NCBI GenBank assembly: GCA_043754535.1
Contig: JAYUUN010000048.1
Coordinates: 64,484 to 128,483, forward strand
Source of the DNA: Chloroflexota bacterium
GTDB lineage: Bacteria > Chloroflexota > Chloroflexia > QHBQ01
DNA length: 64,000 nt
Direction of reading: 5' to 3'
The stretch's first letter is position 1. Each line of letters begins with the position of its first letter. This document shows positions 28,052 through 38,175 of this stretch, piece by piece. A program made the position numbers and the translations under genes. The notes under the pieces are model-generated. The model was given only the letters and a program-made list of their open reading frames with translations. It did no database searches and was not told the DNA's origin.

Positions 28052-28857
28052 TATTGCAGCGAACCAAGCACCTTGATACCGTTGAGAGCCATGTGGTAGA
28101 GGAACAGGTGGTGCATGAGGTTGCCGTCGTGGGGCAATGCGCCAATACCCTGGGCGACCGCCACTGGCAGATCGTAGGTTTCGACCATGTTGGCGGGTAG
28201 GTAGAGCTTGACTGGCTCCATGTTGCCCTGGTTGGCCCGCAGCCGCACATACATCGCCATCTGGTATACACAGAGGTCGGTGCAGTCACCCACGATGATG
28301 AAGTTGGTTACTTCAGGATGTTCGCGCAGCCAACCCTCGAAGCTAGTGCCGATAGCAACGTTGAGGTTGTTCTTTGGCACGGTGACGAACAGATCGGCGA
28401 AGGGTAGGCTGGCGAGTTCGGCGATGTTGTCCGCCTCATCAGTCCCTGCGATGCAGTGCGGGCCATACTGGTGAAACTCGGTGGCCTGGGGGTGGTGTGC
28501 GTCCTGGGCAAGGACGAAGTGGCGCACACCCAGGTTGTAGGCGTTCTGGAACAGGCCGACTACCGCTGGCACCAGCCCAGCGATACGCGGGCTGGCGAGG
28601 TTGCCGCGATAGCAGAAGCCCACTACCATGTCGGCAGAGAGGATCGCCACGCTCTCCGGGCGCAGGTTGTGGTCGCGCATCAGGGTGCCGAGATCAAGCT
28701 GGGGCAGGCTGGCCTCCCACTCCATCAACCAGTTGAAGAAAGGGCGGCTCTCCTCGATCAAGCGGCTGGCAGGGTCGATCATGGTCAGCGGGTTAACCTC
28801 TGGCATGGTGGCCGGTGTGCCTACTTCTGGCGCAGGGGTTAGCATATCGTCGTTCAT
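28051..28857 (-). CDS. pncA: isochorismatase-family cysteine hydrolase, probably nicotinamidase
   Basis: FIIVGDCTDLCV catalytic-Cys motif and VAILSADMVVGF N-terminal strand. It sits immediately downstream of an NrtR-type regulator. Confidence 0.6.
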   Translation of the reverse strand: MNDDMLTPAPEVGTPATMPEVNPLTMIDPASRLIEESRPFFNWLMEWEASLPQLDLGTLMRDHNLRPESVAILSADMVVGFCYRGNLASPRIAGLVPAVVGLFQNAYNLGVRHFVLAQDAHHPQATEFHQYGPHCIAGTDEADNIAELASLPFADLFVTVPKNNLNVAIGTSFEGWLREHPEVTNFIIVGDCTDLCVYQMAMYVRLRANQGNMEPVKLYLPANMVETYDLPVAVAQGIGALPHDGNLMHHLFLYHMALNGIKVLGSLQ

Positions 28858-28869
28858 CGTAGTTTCCTT

Positions 28870-29601
28870 CTAGTCCACTCTGGACTTGTCTTTGTAACGA
28901 AAGAGGCGGGCCGGGCGGTGGGTGCCGATCATCCGCTTCTTGCCGGTCTCCAACAGGGGGCTGGGGTCGTTCGCCAGGGGGCTGCCGTCGCGGGCGTAGC
29001 GCGGCTCCATCTTCTTGCGAAAGTTGCGTTTGTCGAGCGGGCGATGGAGGATGATCTCGTGGTAGCGTTGCAGTTCGCTGAGGCTAAACTCCTCTGGTAG
29101 CAGTTCACTGACAATGTTGGTGTAGTCGAGCTTGCCGCGCAAGCGAGTGAGCGCGTAGTCGAGGATGCGAGCGTGGTCGAAGGCAAGGTCAGGCAGGTCG
29201 TACATACTAAACCACTGCACGGCTTGCGCGTCGGTGGTGGCCCGCAGTTGCTGGCCGCGCAACAGGTCGGTACTAACCAGCGCGAAGTAGGTGACGGTGA
29301 TCACGCGGGAGCGCGGGTCACGGTCCGGTTCGCCAAAGGTGTAGAGCTGTTCAAGGTAGACCCCACGCAGCCCCGTTTCCTCCTCCAACTCGCGGCGGGC
29401 GGCGGCCAGCAAGTCTTCATCTATGTGGACGAAGCCACCAGGGATCGCCCACACCCCCCGAAACGGCTCGGCCTTGCGCTGCACCAGCAGCACTCTAAGA
29501 TCGTCGGCCATGATGGTGAAGATCACCACGTCAACCGTCACTGATGGCCGCGGGTAGCGGCTCAGATCGTGCTTCTCCGCCTGCGGATTTTCTTTGGTCA
29601 T
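28870..29601 (-). CDS. nrtR: NrtR-family regulator (Nudix domain plus C-terminal winged-helix DNA-binding domain)
   Basis: Nudix box GGFVHIDEDLLAAARRELEEETG, then LAFDHARILDYALTRLRGKLDYTNIVSELLPEEFSLSELQRYHEIIL...DKRNFRKK, which is typical of NrtR. Confidence 0.8.
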   Translation of the reverse strand: MTKENPQAEKHDLSRYPRPSVTVDVVIFTIMADDLRVLLVQRKAEPFRGVWAIPGGFVHIDEDLLAAARRELEEETGLRGVYLEQLYTFGEPDRDPRSRVITVTYFALVSTDLLRGQQLRATTDAQAVQWFSMYDLPDLAFDHARILDYALTRLRGKLDYTNIVSELLPEEFSLSELQRYHEIILHRPLDKRNFRKKMEPRYARDGSPLANDPSPLLETGKKRMIGTHRPARLFRYKDKSRVD

Positions 29602-29611
29602 CTCCGCTCCT

Positions 29612-29630
29612 TAGTGTTATCTAGACACTA
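29612..29630. promoter_or_regulatory. inverted repeat TAGTGT-N7-ACACTA, a candidate NrtR operator next to the nrtR RBS
   Basis: Perfect 6-bp arms lie 11 nt upstream of the nrtR start codon in the divergent intergenic region. Confidence 0.4.
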
Positions 29631-29686
29631 TTATAGCATGGTAAGAAGGCAATGTCAAGAGTTTAGTGACAATTGTAGCATCCGCG

Positions 29687-29700
29687 TTGCCAATTGGCAA
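29687..29700. promoter_or_regulatory. perfect 14-bp palindrome TTGCCAATTGGCAA, candidate operator
   Basis: Self-complementary 14-mer between the divergent nrtR and MFS genes. A second 8-bp palindrome, ACAATTGT, lies at 29669-29676. Confidence 0.35.
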
Positions 29701-29764
29701 AACCTACCAGCCAGGCACCCCTTGTAGCCACCCTTGCTGCTAGCTATGGGCGCAGGTTTGCCCT

Positions 29765-29770
29765 TATAAT
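29765..29770 (+). promoter_or_regulatory. TATAAT -10 box 6 nt upstream of the MFS ATG (leaderless-type arrangement)
   Basis: TATAAT-aggtct-ATG with no SD sequence. Confidence 0.4.
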
Positions 29771-29776
29771 AGGTCT

Positions 29777-31309
29777 ATGAACACGACTGAGAGCGCAGCA
29801 GAGCTAGAGCAGGGGCAGATGGAGACGAGCGGCAGTTGGGGGTTGGTGGCAGCCCTGATGCTAGTCATCTTCCTGGCGGCCCTGGACGTGACTATAGTAG
29901 CGACCGCAGTACCAACCATCGTCGGCGAGTTGCGCGGCTTTGAGTTGTATAGCTGGCTGATCCCTGCCTATCTGCTCACCTCCACCGTCGTCGTGCCGCT
30001 CTACGGCAGTCTGGCCGACAGTTATGGGCGCAAGCCGCTGCTACTAGCCGCGCTAATTCTGTTCGTCAGCGGCTCGGCTCTGGCAGGCTTCGCCGGTAGT
30101 ATGGAGCAACTGATCCTCTTTCGGGCAGTGCAAGGGCTGGGGGCGGGTGGCATCTTCCCCATCACCCTGACGATCATTGCGGACAACTTTCCGCTGGCGA
30201 TGCGGGCGCGTATCCAGGGGCTGGGTAGCGCGGCCTGGAGCATAGCCGCGCTACTCGGCCCGTTGGCAGGCGGCTTCCTGGTTGCCTTCAACTGGCGGCT
30301 GGTCTTCTACATCAACGTGCCTATCGTCCTCATCGCCATGTTTGTGATCGGGCGCGTGCTGCATGAACCAGCGCGGGATCGCACGGTGCGAGTGCAGATA
30401 GACTACCCTGGCGCGGCTATGCTCAGCACGGCAGTGACGGCAATCCTGCTGGCGACGATCCTGGTTGGGCAGGGGCGCGATTTCGCTGACTTGCTGGTGC
30501 TGACCCTGCTGGTAGGTGGCTCGCTTGCGCTCGGCCTGTTCCTCGTGGTCGAGCGGCGGGCCGCCAACCCTATTGTGCCGCTACCGCTCCTTGCCAACCG
30601 TACCGTGGCAGTGGTGTTGATCTGGGAGGTACTGGCGGGGGTAGTGATCTTCGCTGGAGACAACTACCTGCCGATGTATGTGCAGGGGGTGCGCGGCGGC
30701 TCTCCGCTGCTGGCGGGGCTGGCCTTGCTGCCGATCTCCCTCGGCTGGCTGACTGGGGCGACGATCAGCGGACGGCTGTTGCTGCGCTGGGGTTATCGTC
30801 CGCTGCTGATTGCAGGCAGTGTCCTCCTGCTGATCGGGGCAACCCTGTTCTCGCTGCTCGCCCTGGACAGCAGCGTGCCATACTTCCTTGCGGCAGCCCT
30901 GGTGATCGGCCTGGGCTTTGGCACAACCGTAACGGTGACGATCATCGCCATACAGGATGGCGTGGCTGCCCAACAACGTGGCACCGCCACCGGGCTGGCC
31001 CAGTTTGCCTACAACATGGGCGGCAGCCTCGGCCTCAGCTTGCTTGGTATCCTGCTCAACAGCAGCGTCCGCGACCAGATCGCAGCGGCTGCCAGCCGCG
31101 ACCCACAGCTAGCGGTGGCGGGCAAGCTGGAGGTAAACAGCATCCTTGACCCCAGGATATTCGGTAAGCTGGCAGGCACCACCCAGGCGGTGCTACAAGG
31201 CGCACTGTTCGATGGCCTGCACCTGATCATGATCGTTGAGGGGGGGGTCGCACTCCTTGCCTTGCTGGTGCTGCTTACCTTCCCTCGGCAGAGGACTGGT
31301 ACGGACTAG
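29777..31309 (+). CDS. MFS transporter, DHA2 (14-TM, EmrB/QacA-like) drug:H+ antiporter family
   Basis: About 510 aa with 14 hydrophobic segments. LDVTIVATAVPTI and GSLADSYGRKP motifs are present. Confidence 0.85.
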   Translation: MNTTESAAELEQGQMETSGSWGLVAALMLVIFLAALDVTIVATAVPTIVGELRGFELYSWLIPAYLLTSTVVVPLYGSLADSYGRKPLLLAALILFVSGSALAGFAGSMEQLILFRAVQGLGAGGIFPITLTIIADNFPLAMRARIQGLGSAAWSIAALLGPLAGGFLVAFNWRLVFYINVPIVLIAMFVIGRVLHEPARDRTVRVQIDYPGAAMLSTAVTAILLATILVGQGRDFADLLVLTLLVGGSLALGLFLVVERRAANPIVPLPLLANRTVAVVLIWEVLAGVVIFAGDNYLPMYVQGVRGGSPLLAGLALLPISLGWLTGATISGRLLLRWGYRPLLIAGSVLLLIGATLFSLLALDSSVPYFLAAALVIGLGFGTTVTVTIIAIQDGVAAQQRGTATGLAQFAYNMGGSLGLSLLGILLNSSVRDQIAAAASRDPQLAVAGKLEVNSILDPRIFGKLAGTTQAVLQGALFDGLHLIMIVEGGVALLALLVLLTFPRQRTGTD

Positions 31310-31412
31310 CTTTGCCGCGGCGGGCTGCAACTCTCACCATCCTCTCATCCGCCTGGCCCTATTTGGCTAGTACCTGACAGTACCCCTGTATCCGTGATTT
31401 ATCTCACAAGTT

Positions 31413-31421
31413 TGGTATAAT
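31413..31421 (+). promoter_or_regulatory. extended -10 promoter candidate (TGgTATAAT) for the efflux operon
   Basis: TG lies 1 nt upstream of TATAAT. A leader of about 55 nt ends in the GAGGGG RBS. Confidence 0.45.
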
Positions 31422-31480
31422 CAGCCTAAATGCGAGGCGATGTTACGATCAGGTGCAGAGTAGAATGAGGGGATAGCTAA

Positions 31481-33858
31481 ATGCAAGTGATTCGCAAGCG
31501 ATGGTGGCAACTACTAGTTGCGGTAGCGGTGGTGGCCGTGCTGGTGTTGGTGCTGAAGCCGTTCGGGGGACAGGCGAGTGCGCCACTCTACCAGCTTGAG
31601 ACGGTCAAGCGCGCTGACTTGCTGGCAACGGTGGACTCTAGTGGCACGGTGCAGCCGGGGGCGGATGTGGCCGTCACCTTCCAGGCGGCAGGGCAGGTAG
31701 TAGAGATCAAGGTGCAGAACGGGCAGCGGGTGAAGAAGGGCGAGTTGCTAGCCCGCATCGATGCGCGGGAGCTAACCTTGCAGAACGCGCAGGCTCAGGC
31801 GGCTTTGCGCCAAGCGCAGGCTAACCTCACTCGCCTGCAAGGGGGAGCCAGCGCGAAGGACATCGCCAACGCGCAATCGCAACTGGCAGCGGCACAGGCG
31901 AAGTTCGCGGCGGTCAAGAGCGGCACTGCCAGCAGCCAGGACGTAGCCGCAGCCCAGGCTGCCCTCGACTCGGCACGGGCCAACTACAACAAGGTTAAGG
32001 CTGGCGCAACTGCCCAGGACGTGGCGGCGGTGCAGGCCCAACTCGATCAGGCGCGGGCTAATTACAACAAGGTTAGGGCTGGCGCAGGGGTGCAGGATGT
32101 GGCCGCTGCCCAGGCCCAGGTCAACCAGGCGCAGGCTCAACTCGACAAGCTGAAGCGCGGAGCGCGGGCAGAGGACGTAGCCGCCGCTCAAGCCCAGGTC
32201 GATCAGGCGCAAGCCAATCTCGCCCGCCTGAAGCAGCCAGCCAATGCTGCCGACCTCACTGCTGCGCAAGCAGCCCTCGACTCGGCGCAGAAGAACTACG
32301 AACGGGTGCAGGCCGGCCCCGATGCAGGGACGATCAGTGCGGCCCAGGCGCGAGTGGCGACAGCCCAGGCTAACCTCGACAGCACCCGAGCTAGTACGGA
32401 GAACAACATTAAGGCAGCGGTTGCCAGCCGCGACCAGGCTGACAACGCCTTGCGTAATGCGCAGGCCCAACGCGAAGACGCTTATCGCCAGACGCACGAT
32501 GGCAACGGCAACTTCAAGGATGACCCAGTAAACCAGCCCAACTACTGGAGGGGCATCTACGACCAGGCTTTGCGGGCCGAGCAGGACGCGACCAGCAACC
32601 AGGCGAAGGCGGCCAGTGCATACGATGCGGCGATCCAGGCTCAGAAGGCCAGTCTGGAGCAGGCTCAGGCCCAGTTGACCGACGCGAAGAAGCAGTTGAC
32701 CGAACTCCAGATCGGCCCCACTGCCGCCGCTCTTGCCACCACTCAGACCCAGGTCGATCAGGCAAGAGCTGCTCTGGACAAGCTAACGCGCGGGCCGGGC
32801 AAGGACGACCTGGCGGCGGCCCAGGCCCAGGTCGATCAGGCGCAAGCCAGCCTCAACAAGGTGAAGGCTGGCCCGACCCAGGACGACCTCGCGGCGGCTC
32901 AGGCCCAGGTCGATCAAGCAGCAGCGAACCTTGCCAAGCTGAAGGCTGGCCCAACCCAGAACGATATCGCAGCGGCTCAGGCTCAGGTCAACCAGGCGGC
33001 GGCCAATCTCGCCAAGCTGAAGACTGGCCCAACCCAGGCCGACCTCGCAGCGGCCCAGGCTCAGGTCGACCAGGCGGTTGCCAACCTCGACAAGGTGAAG
33101 CGTGGCGGCAGCGACAGCGACGTAACCCAGGCCCAAGCGCAAGTCGATCAGGCGCAAAATACGCTCAACGACCTGCTCAAAGGGGCGAAGGTAGAGGATT
33201 TGGCGGTCTCGCAGGCGGCCCTAGATCAGGCGCAGGCCGGTGCCGACCTCGCAGCCCTACGCCTCACCTACGCCACCCTGACTGCCCCGTTCGACGGCAT
33301 CGTAGCCCAAGCTCCCCTCAGCCTCGGCCAGAATGTTGGTCTCAACACCCTGGCGTTCACCGTGATTGACGATAGCCGCTACCACATTGACGTGTTCGTG
33401 GGCGAGAGCGAGATCAGCGGGATACAGGTTGGCGCAGAGGTCAGTGTCACTTTCGACGCGCAGCCCGACGTGAAGCTGATGGGCAAGGTGATCTTCGTTT
33501 CGCCGAAGGCCACCACCCAGGCGGGCAATGTCGTCACCTACCTGGTCAGCATTGGTGTACCGGGTGATGACGCACGCAAAGTAATGCGCCCCGGCCTGAC
33601 CGCCAACACCTCGGTCGTGCGCGACACCCGCAGTGGGGTGGTCGTCATCCCCGCCGCCTTCGTGCGCGCCGAAGATGAGGCAAACGTGGTCTACCTGCTC
33701 AAGGATGGCAAGCAGCAGCGCACGGTGATCAAGCTGGGCCTCAGCAACCAGGAGTACACCGAAGTGGTCAGTGGGCTGCAAGAGGGTGATCAGGTGATCA
33801 AGAACCCCAGCGTACCGCGCACTAGCCAGGTCAAACTGAACGGCGGAGGGGGTCGCTG

Positions 33859-33859
<1 letters not shown>
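31481..33859 (+). CDS. HlyD/MacA-family periplasmic adaptor (membrane fusion protein) with a repeat-expanded helical insertion, 792 aa
   Basis: N-terminal TM anchor. The lipoyl halves ([24 protein letters not shown] and [11 protein letters not shown]) are separated by about 500 aa of Ala/Gln-rich repeats. Beta-barrel and MP domains lie at the C-terminus. The stop overlaps the ABC ATPase start. Confidence 0.85.
31769..33266 (+). repeat. about 14 tandem 26-27-codon repeats (consensus [26 protein letters not shown]) in two blocks flanking a non-repeat apex
   Basis: The units can be read directly in the translation. Near-identical DNA units occur at 32790-33110. Confidence 0.85.
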
Positions 33860-34617
<758 letters not shown>

Positions 34618-34649
34618 CCAGAGCAGCATCATACCAGGGGAGGTGAGTA

Positions 34650-34736
34650 GTGGACAAGGCAGCGGTGACGGAGCGGGATATGCAGTTGCTGGCCGAGATC
34701 GGTATGCTAAAGGGGTCGGCGCAGAAAGAGACATAG
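34650..34736 (+). CDS. candidate unannotated small ORF (28 codons, VDKAAVTERDMQLLAEIGMLKGSAQKET) coupled to the permease start
   Basis: GTG start with GGAGG 6 nt upstream. Its TAG stop directly abuts the permease ATG (TAGATG). It is absent from the ORF track. Confidence 0.3.
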   Translation: MDKAAVTERDMQLLAEIGMLKGSAQKET

Positions 34737-35999
34737 ATGAACCTGGTAGAAACAATGCGGATTGCCCTGCGCGCCCTCAACGCGAACAAGTTGCGGGCAG
34801 TGCTGACCATGTTGGGGATCATCATCGGCGTGGGGGCGGTGATCGCCCTGCTCGCGGTCGGCAAGGGGGCGCAGAAGAAGCTGCTCGATCAGGTGGGTGG
34901 CCTGGGTAGCAACCTGGTGGTTGTCTTGCCCGGCAACCTGAACCAGACCAGCGCAAACAACGTGGCGAAGAATGCGGGCGTGTTGACTGCTGAAGACGGC
35001 AAAGCTCTGATCAGCAGCAGCGTGCCGCACGTGGTTGCCGTCGCTCCCCAGTTCGACCGCTTCGCCCAGATCGTGCGCGGCAAGACCAACATCAACGCCC
35101 GTGTGGTTGGCACTACGCCAGATTACGCGCTCGTCCGCAACATGAACCCAACCCAGGGGCAGTGGTTTGGCCGCAAAGAGCTTGAGACGCTGGCGAACGT
35201 GGTCATGCTCGGCCCTAACGTCGCCGACAGCCTCTTTCCCGAAGCGCAGAACGGTGAGAACTACGCGGCGGTGATCGGCAAGACGCTGCGGATCAACAAC
35301 GCTACCTACCGGGTAATTGGGGTGATGGAGAGGAAGGGCAGCGGCATCTTCGGCTCGCCCGACGACTACCTCTACGTGCCACTCAGTAACGCTCAGGTCA
35401 AGCTATTCGCCAGCCGTGCTATTGGGGTGTACGGGCGCAACGTCAGCGCACTCAATGTGCAGCTAGACGACGCTGGCGACCAGGCTCTCAGCGAGGCCAT
35501 CGAGGGATCGAGCCAGGTGCTGCGCCAGCGGCACAAGATTTTGCGCCAGCAGGACGACTTTAGCATCATCACCCAGGCGGAGGTGCTAGGGACGCTGGCA
35601 ACGATCACCGCCACCCTCACCTTCTTCCTCGGCGCAATCGCGGGCATCAGTCTGCTGGTCGGCGGTATCGGCATCATGAACATCATGCTGGTCAGCGTCA
35701 CCGAGCGCACGCGGGAGATTGGCTTGCGGAAGGCGGTGGGGGCGAAGCGGCGCGACATCCTCACCCAGTTCCTGGTAGAAGCTATTGTCCTCAGCGTGAT
35801 AGGCGGCGCGATAGGCATCATCCTGGGCATTACTATCGGCAAGCTGGTTGATCTGACTGGCATCATCGAAACTATTGTCTCACCCGATTCGATCATCCTT
35901 GCAGTCGGCTTCAGCATCGCCGTCGGCTTGTTCTTCGGCATCTACCCCGCCCGCCGCGCTAGCCGCCTCAACCCCATCGAAGCCCTGCGCTACGAGTAA
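34737..35999 (+). CDS. ABC transporter permease, MacB/FtsX family
   Basis: MacB_PCD-like periplasmic domain between TM1 and TM2. C-terminal FtsX domain with RTREIGLRKAVGA and GIYPARRASRLNPIEALRYE. Confidence 0.92.
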   Translation: MNLVETMRIALRALNANKLRAVLTMLGIIIGVGAVIALLAVGKGAQKKLLDQVGGLGSNLVVVLPGNLNQTSANNVAKNAGVLTAEDGKALISSSVPHVVAVAPQFDRFAQIVRGKTNINARVVGTTPDYALVRNMNPTQGQWFGRKELETLANVVMLGPNVADSLFPEAQNGENYAAVIGKTLRINNATYRVIGVMERKGSGIFGSPDDYLYVPLSNAQVKLFASRAIGVYGRNVSALNVQLDDAGDQALSEAIEGSSQVLRQRHKILRQQDDFSIITQAEVLGTLATITATLTFFLGAIAGISLLVGGIGIMNIMLVSVTERTREIGLRKAVGAKRRDILTQFLVEAIVLSVIGGAIGIILGITIGKLVDLTGIIETIVSPDSIILAVGFSIAVGLFFGIYPARRASRLNPIEALRYE

Positions 36000-36018
36000 C
36001 GGCAAGAGAGTAGTGAGC

Positions 36019-36054
36019 TAAAAGGGAGCGGGCCAGTGGCTGCGCTCCCTTCAT
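36019..36054. terminator. hairpin between convergent genes (AGGGAGCG-N12-CGCTCCCT); the T-tract is on the minus-strand side
   Basis: 8-bp inverted repeat at 36023-36030 and 36043-36050. Confidence 0.45.
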
Positions 36055-36084
36055 CGTTGGCCGTTCCCACAACAGTTTTCTACT

Positions 36085-36630
36085 CTACTCCTGGTAGTCG
36101 CCAGCAAGCATAGCAACGAAGCTGGCGAGGGCTGCCAGGGCAACCCCGAACTCCTTGCGGTCAAAGCTGGTCGCCTGAGGACTACGCAGGCGAGAGATCG
36201 CCTTGCCGAAGTACAGGGCGTAGAGGCTAGTCTCAAAAGCCTGGTTGAAGTAGTGTTCATAACCTAGTGGAGTCCACCGCCAGGGGTGGGGCATTTGCCA
36301 GTTGACTGCCCCGCTACGAGCCTGGGCTATGTGTGCCGCACTGGTCAAAGCAAAGCCAAAGGCCAGAGCGCGGGCAACTGCCACTCGACTGGGTGGATGG
36401 CGATCCAGGTGGTCTGCGATCAACGCATCCAGCAGGGGTAGGTGCAGCGCGTCGCCCACAACCGCCGAGGTATAGTCAAGGCTGGCGCGATAGTTCTGCA
36501 CCAGCGGATCGCGGCGCAGCTTCTTGATCACGTTCGCCCCGATGGGGATCAGCCACCCGCTAACGAAAAAGGTTCCCGCCACTGCCAGCATCGCCCGCCG
36601 GTTAGTGGTTCGCTTGCTGCTCTGGCTCAT
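36085..36630 (-). CDS. hypothetical membrane protein
   Basis: Hydrophobic N- and C-terminal segments with no family recognised. The start is uncertain and overlaps the end of the upstream cyclase gene. Confidence 0.4.
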   Translation of the reverse strand: MSQSSKRTTNRRAMLAVAGTFFVSGWLIPIGANVIKKLRRDPLVQNYRASLDYTSAVVGDALHLPLLDALIADHLDRHPPSRVAVARALAFGFALTSAAHIAQARSGAVNWQMPHPWRWTPLGYEHYFNQAFETSLYALYFGKAISRLRSPQATSFDRKEFGVALAALASFVAMLAGDYQE

Positions 36631-37987
36631 AACTCGCCGTCGGCGCAACTCCTGTCTGGTAGCGGGTGAGGCGGCTACCGCTTGCGCCGGGATGGTAGAG
36701 GTAGGCGGTCAGTGGGGTTTGTCGCCCACGAACCTGCATCTCTACCCGCTGCTGATAGCCACGAGGTGAACCAGCCGCCAGCCATACGTCTTCAGTTGCC
36801 AACACCGTGTCGGGCAGGGTAAGCTCCTGCAAGCGACTGGCAACGTTGACTGCATCACCGATATGGGTGCGGTCGGTGCGCGTACTGTCGCCGATATTAC
36901 CCAGGATCACACTACCTTTGGCGAGACCAACTCGCGTCTGCAATGTCGGTCGCCCTTGCGCCTGCTGGTTGCGGTTGAAGGCCGCGTTGGCGGTCAGTAG
37001 TGCCTCCGCTGCCAGCAGAGCGGAACGCGGGTCGTCAAAGACTACCATCATGCTGTCGCCAATGTATTTATCGATCTCGCCTCCGTAGGGATAGATCACC
37101 GCGGCTAGCAGGTTGAAGTAGTCGTTGAGCAACTGCACAACCTCAATAGGGGGTAGCTTCTCGCTCAGGCTGGTGAAGCGCACAATGTCGCTGAACAGGA
37201 TCGTAGCCTCGCGCACTTGCGGTTCAATCGTGGTGCGACCTTCGGTGGCTGCTCTGCTGATCGCCGCCCAGGTGCCGCCTGCAACGTAGCCACGCAAGAG
37301 GTCTTGGAGGCGGCTGTTCTCCTGCTGCAAGGCGGCCAGTTCGATGTTAGCGGTGTTTAGCTGGTCGTTACGCTCCTCCAGTTTGCCCAGTACCAGGCGG
37401 TTCGCCAGCATCTCTCGCTCACGCTGGCGGGCATAGTTGCTGGCAGTGCGGCTGATCGGGCGGTAGAGCGGTTGGTCGTCGGGCAGCAGGCGACTGGCAG
37501 TTAGCGCGTCCGCAAGAATGCGCTCGGCTTGCTCTACCAGGCTGACATCAAAAGTCCAGACTGCCTTGAAGCAGCGTTCCTCCTCTGGCAGATCGAAGCC
37601 GCTCACATCGGTGGCGATCAGGGTGCTGAAGAAGTCAGGGCTATCATAGACGATGAACCACTCGTCGGCCAGTGGGGCATCCTCGCGCAGCGGCACGTAG
37701 GTCAGGTTGGGGATTCGTGGCAGTTCCACGTCATCAATGCCGAAGACGTAGACATGGCGGCAGCGCGAGGCCAACCGTCGGTAGCGGTTTATATGTGGCG
37801 GGAAATAGGAGAACTTCTGGAAGCCCGCATAGAAGATTGTGCTATCGGCAGTCTGCAAGGCTCCGTCTTCTAGTGCCTTGCTAATCGTCTGCATCGTGCG
37901 TTTGCCGCTGACCAGCCATTGCTGCTCAGCTACTTCTTTGCTGATCGTGGGGAAGGATATCATGTTGACATCTTGCTGAGTTTGCAT
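36602..37987 (-). CDS. class III adenylate/guanylate cyclase with a DICT-like N-terminal sensor domain and a coiled-coil linker
   Basis: Cyclase motifs ILFSDIVRFTSLSE, YGGEIDKYIGDSMMVVF and HIGDAVNVASRLQ. The N-terminal FYAGFQKFSYF...RYRRLA...EWFIVY resembles DICT. Confidence 0.8.
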   Translation of the reverse strand: MQTQQDVNMISFPTISKEVAEQQWLVSGKRTMQTISKALEDGALQTADSTIFYAGFQKFSYFPPHINRYRRLASRCRHVYVFGIDDVELPRIPNLTYVPLREDAPLADEWFIVYDSPDFFSTLIATDVSGFDLPEEERCFKAVWTFDVSLVEQAERILADALTASRLLPDDQPLYRPISRTASNYARQREREMLANRLVLGKLEERNDQLNTANIELAALQQENSRLQDLLRGYVAGGTWAAISRAATEGRTTIEPQVREATILFSDIVRFTSLSEKLPPIEVVQLLNDYFNLLAAVIYPYGGEIDKYIGDSMMVVFDDPRSALLAAEALLTANAAFNRNQQAQGRPTLQTRVGLAKGSVILGNIGDSTRTDRTHIGDAVNVASRLQELTLPDTVLATEDVWLAAGSPRGYQQRVEMQVRGRQTPLTAYLYHPGASGSRLTRYQTGVAPTASYEPEQQANH

Positions 37988-38175
37988 TCTAACACCACCT
38001 ATAACTAGAACATTGGACCGCTATCCAGGCACGACCACAAGCCAGCGCACCCTTGTTCGTATTATACTACATTTCGCGTGCCACGATTAGCCTCAAACCA
38101 TTGGATTGACTAGCAGTTACCTCTTTTGGCCGATCAGATGCACCTGCCGCCGTTTATATGCAGGAGCGATACAAG

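Noticed and set aside
38061-38083. A second sigma-54-like element (TGGCACGcgaaATGT) upstream of the DICT-cyclase gene.
   Set aside because: The invariant -12 GC is GT here, and the sequence overlaps a perfectly good TATAAT -10 box. It is more simply read as a sigma-70 promoter region.
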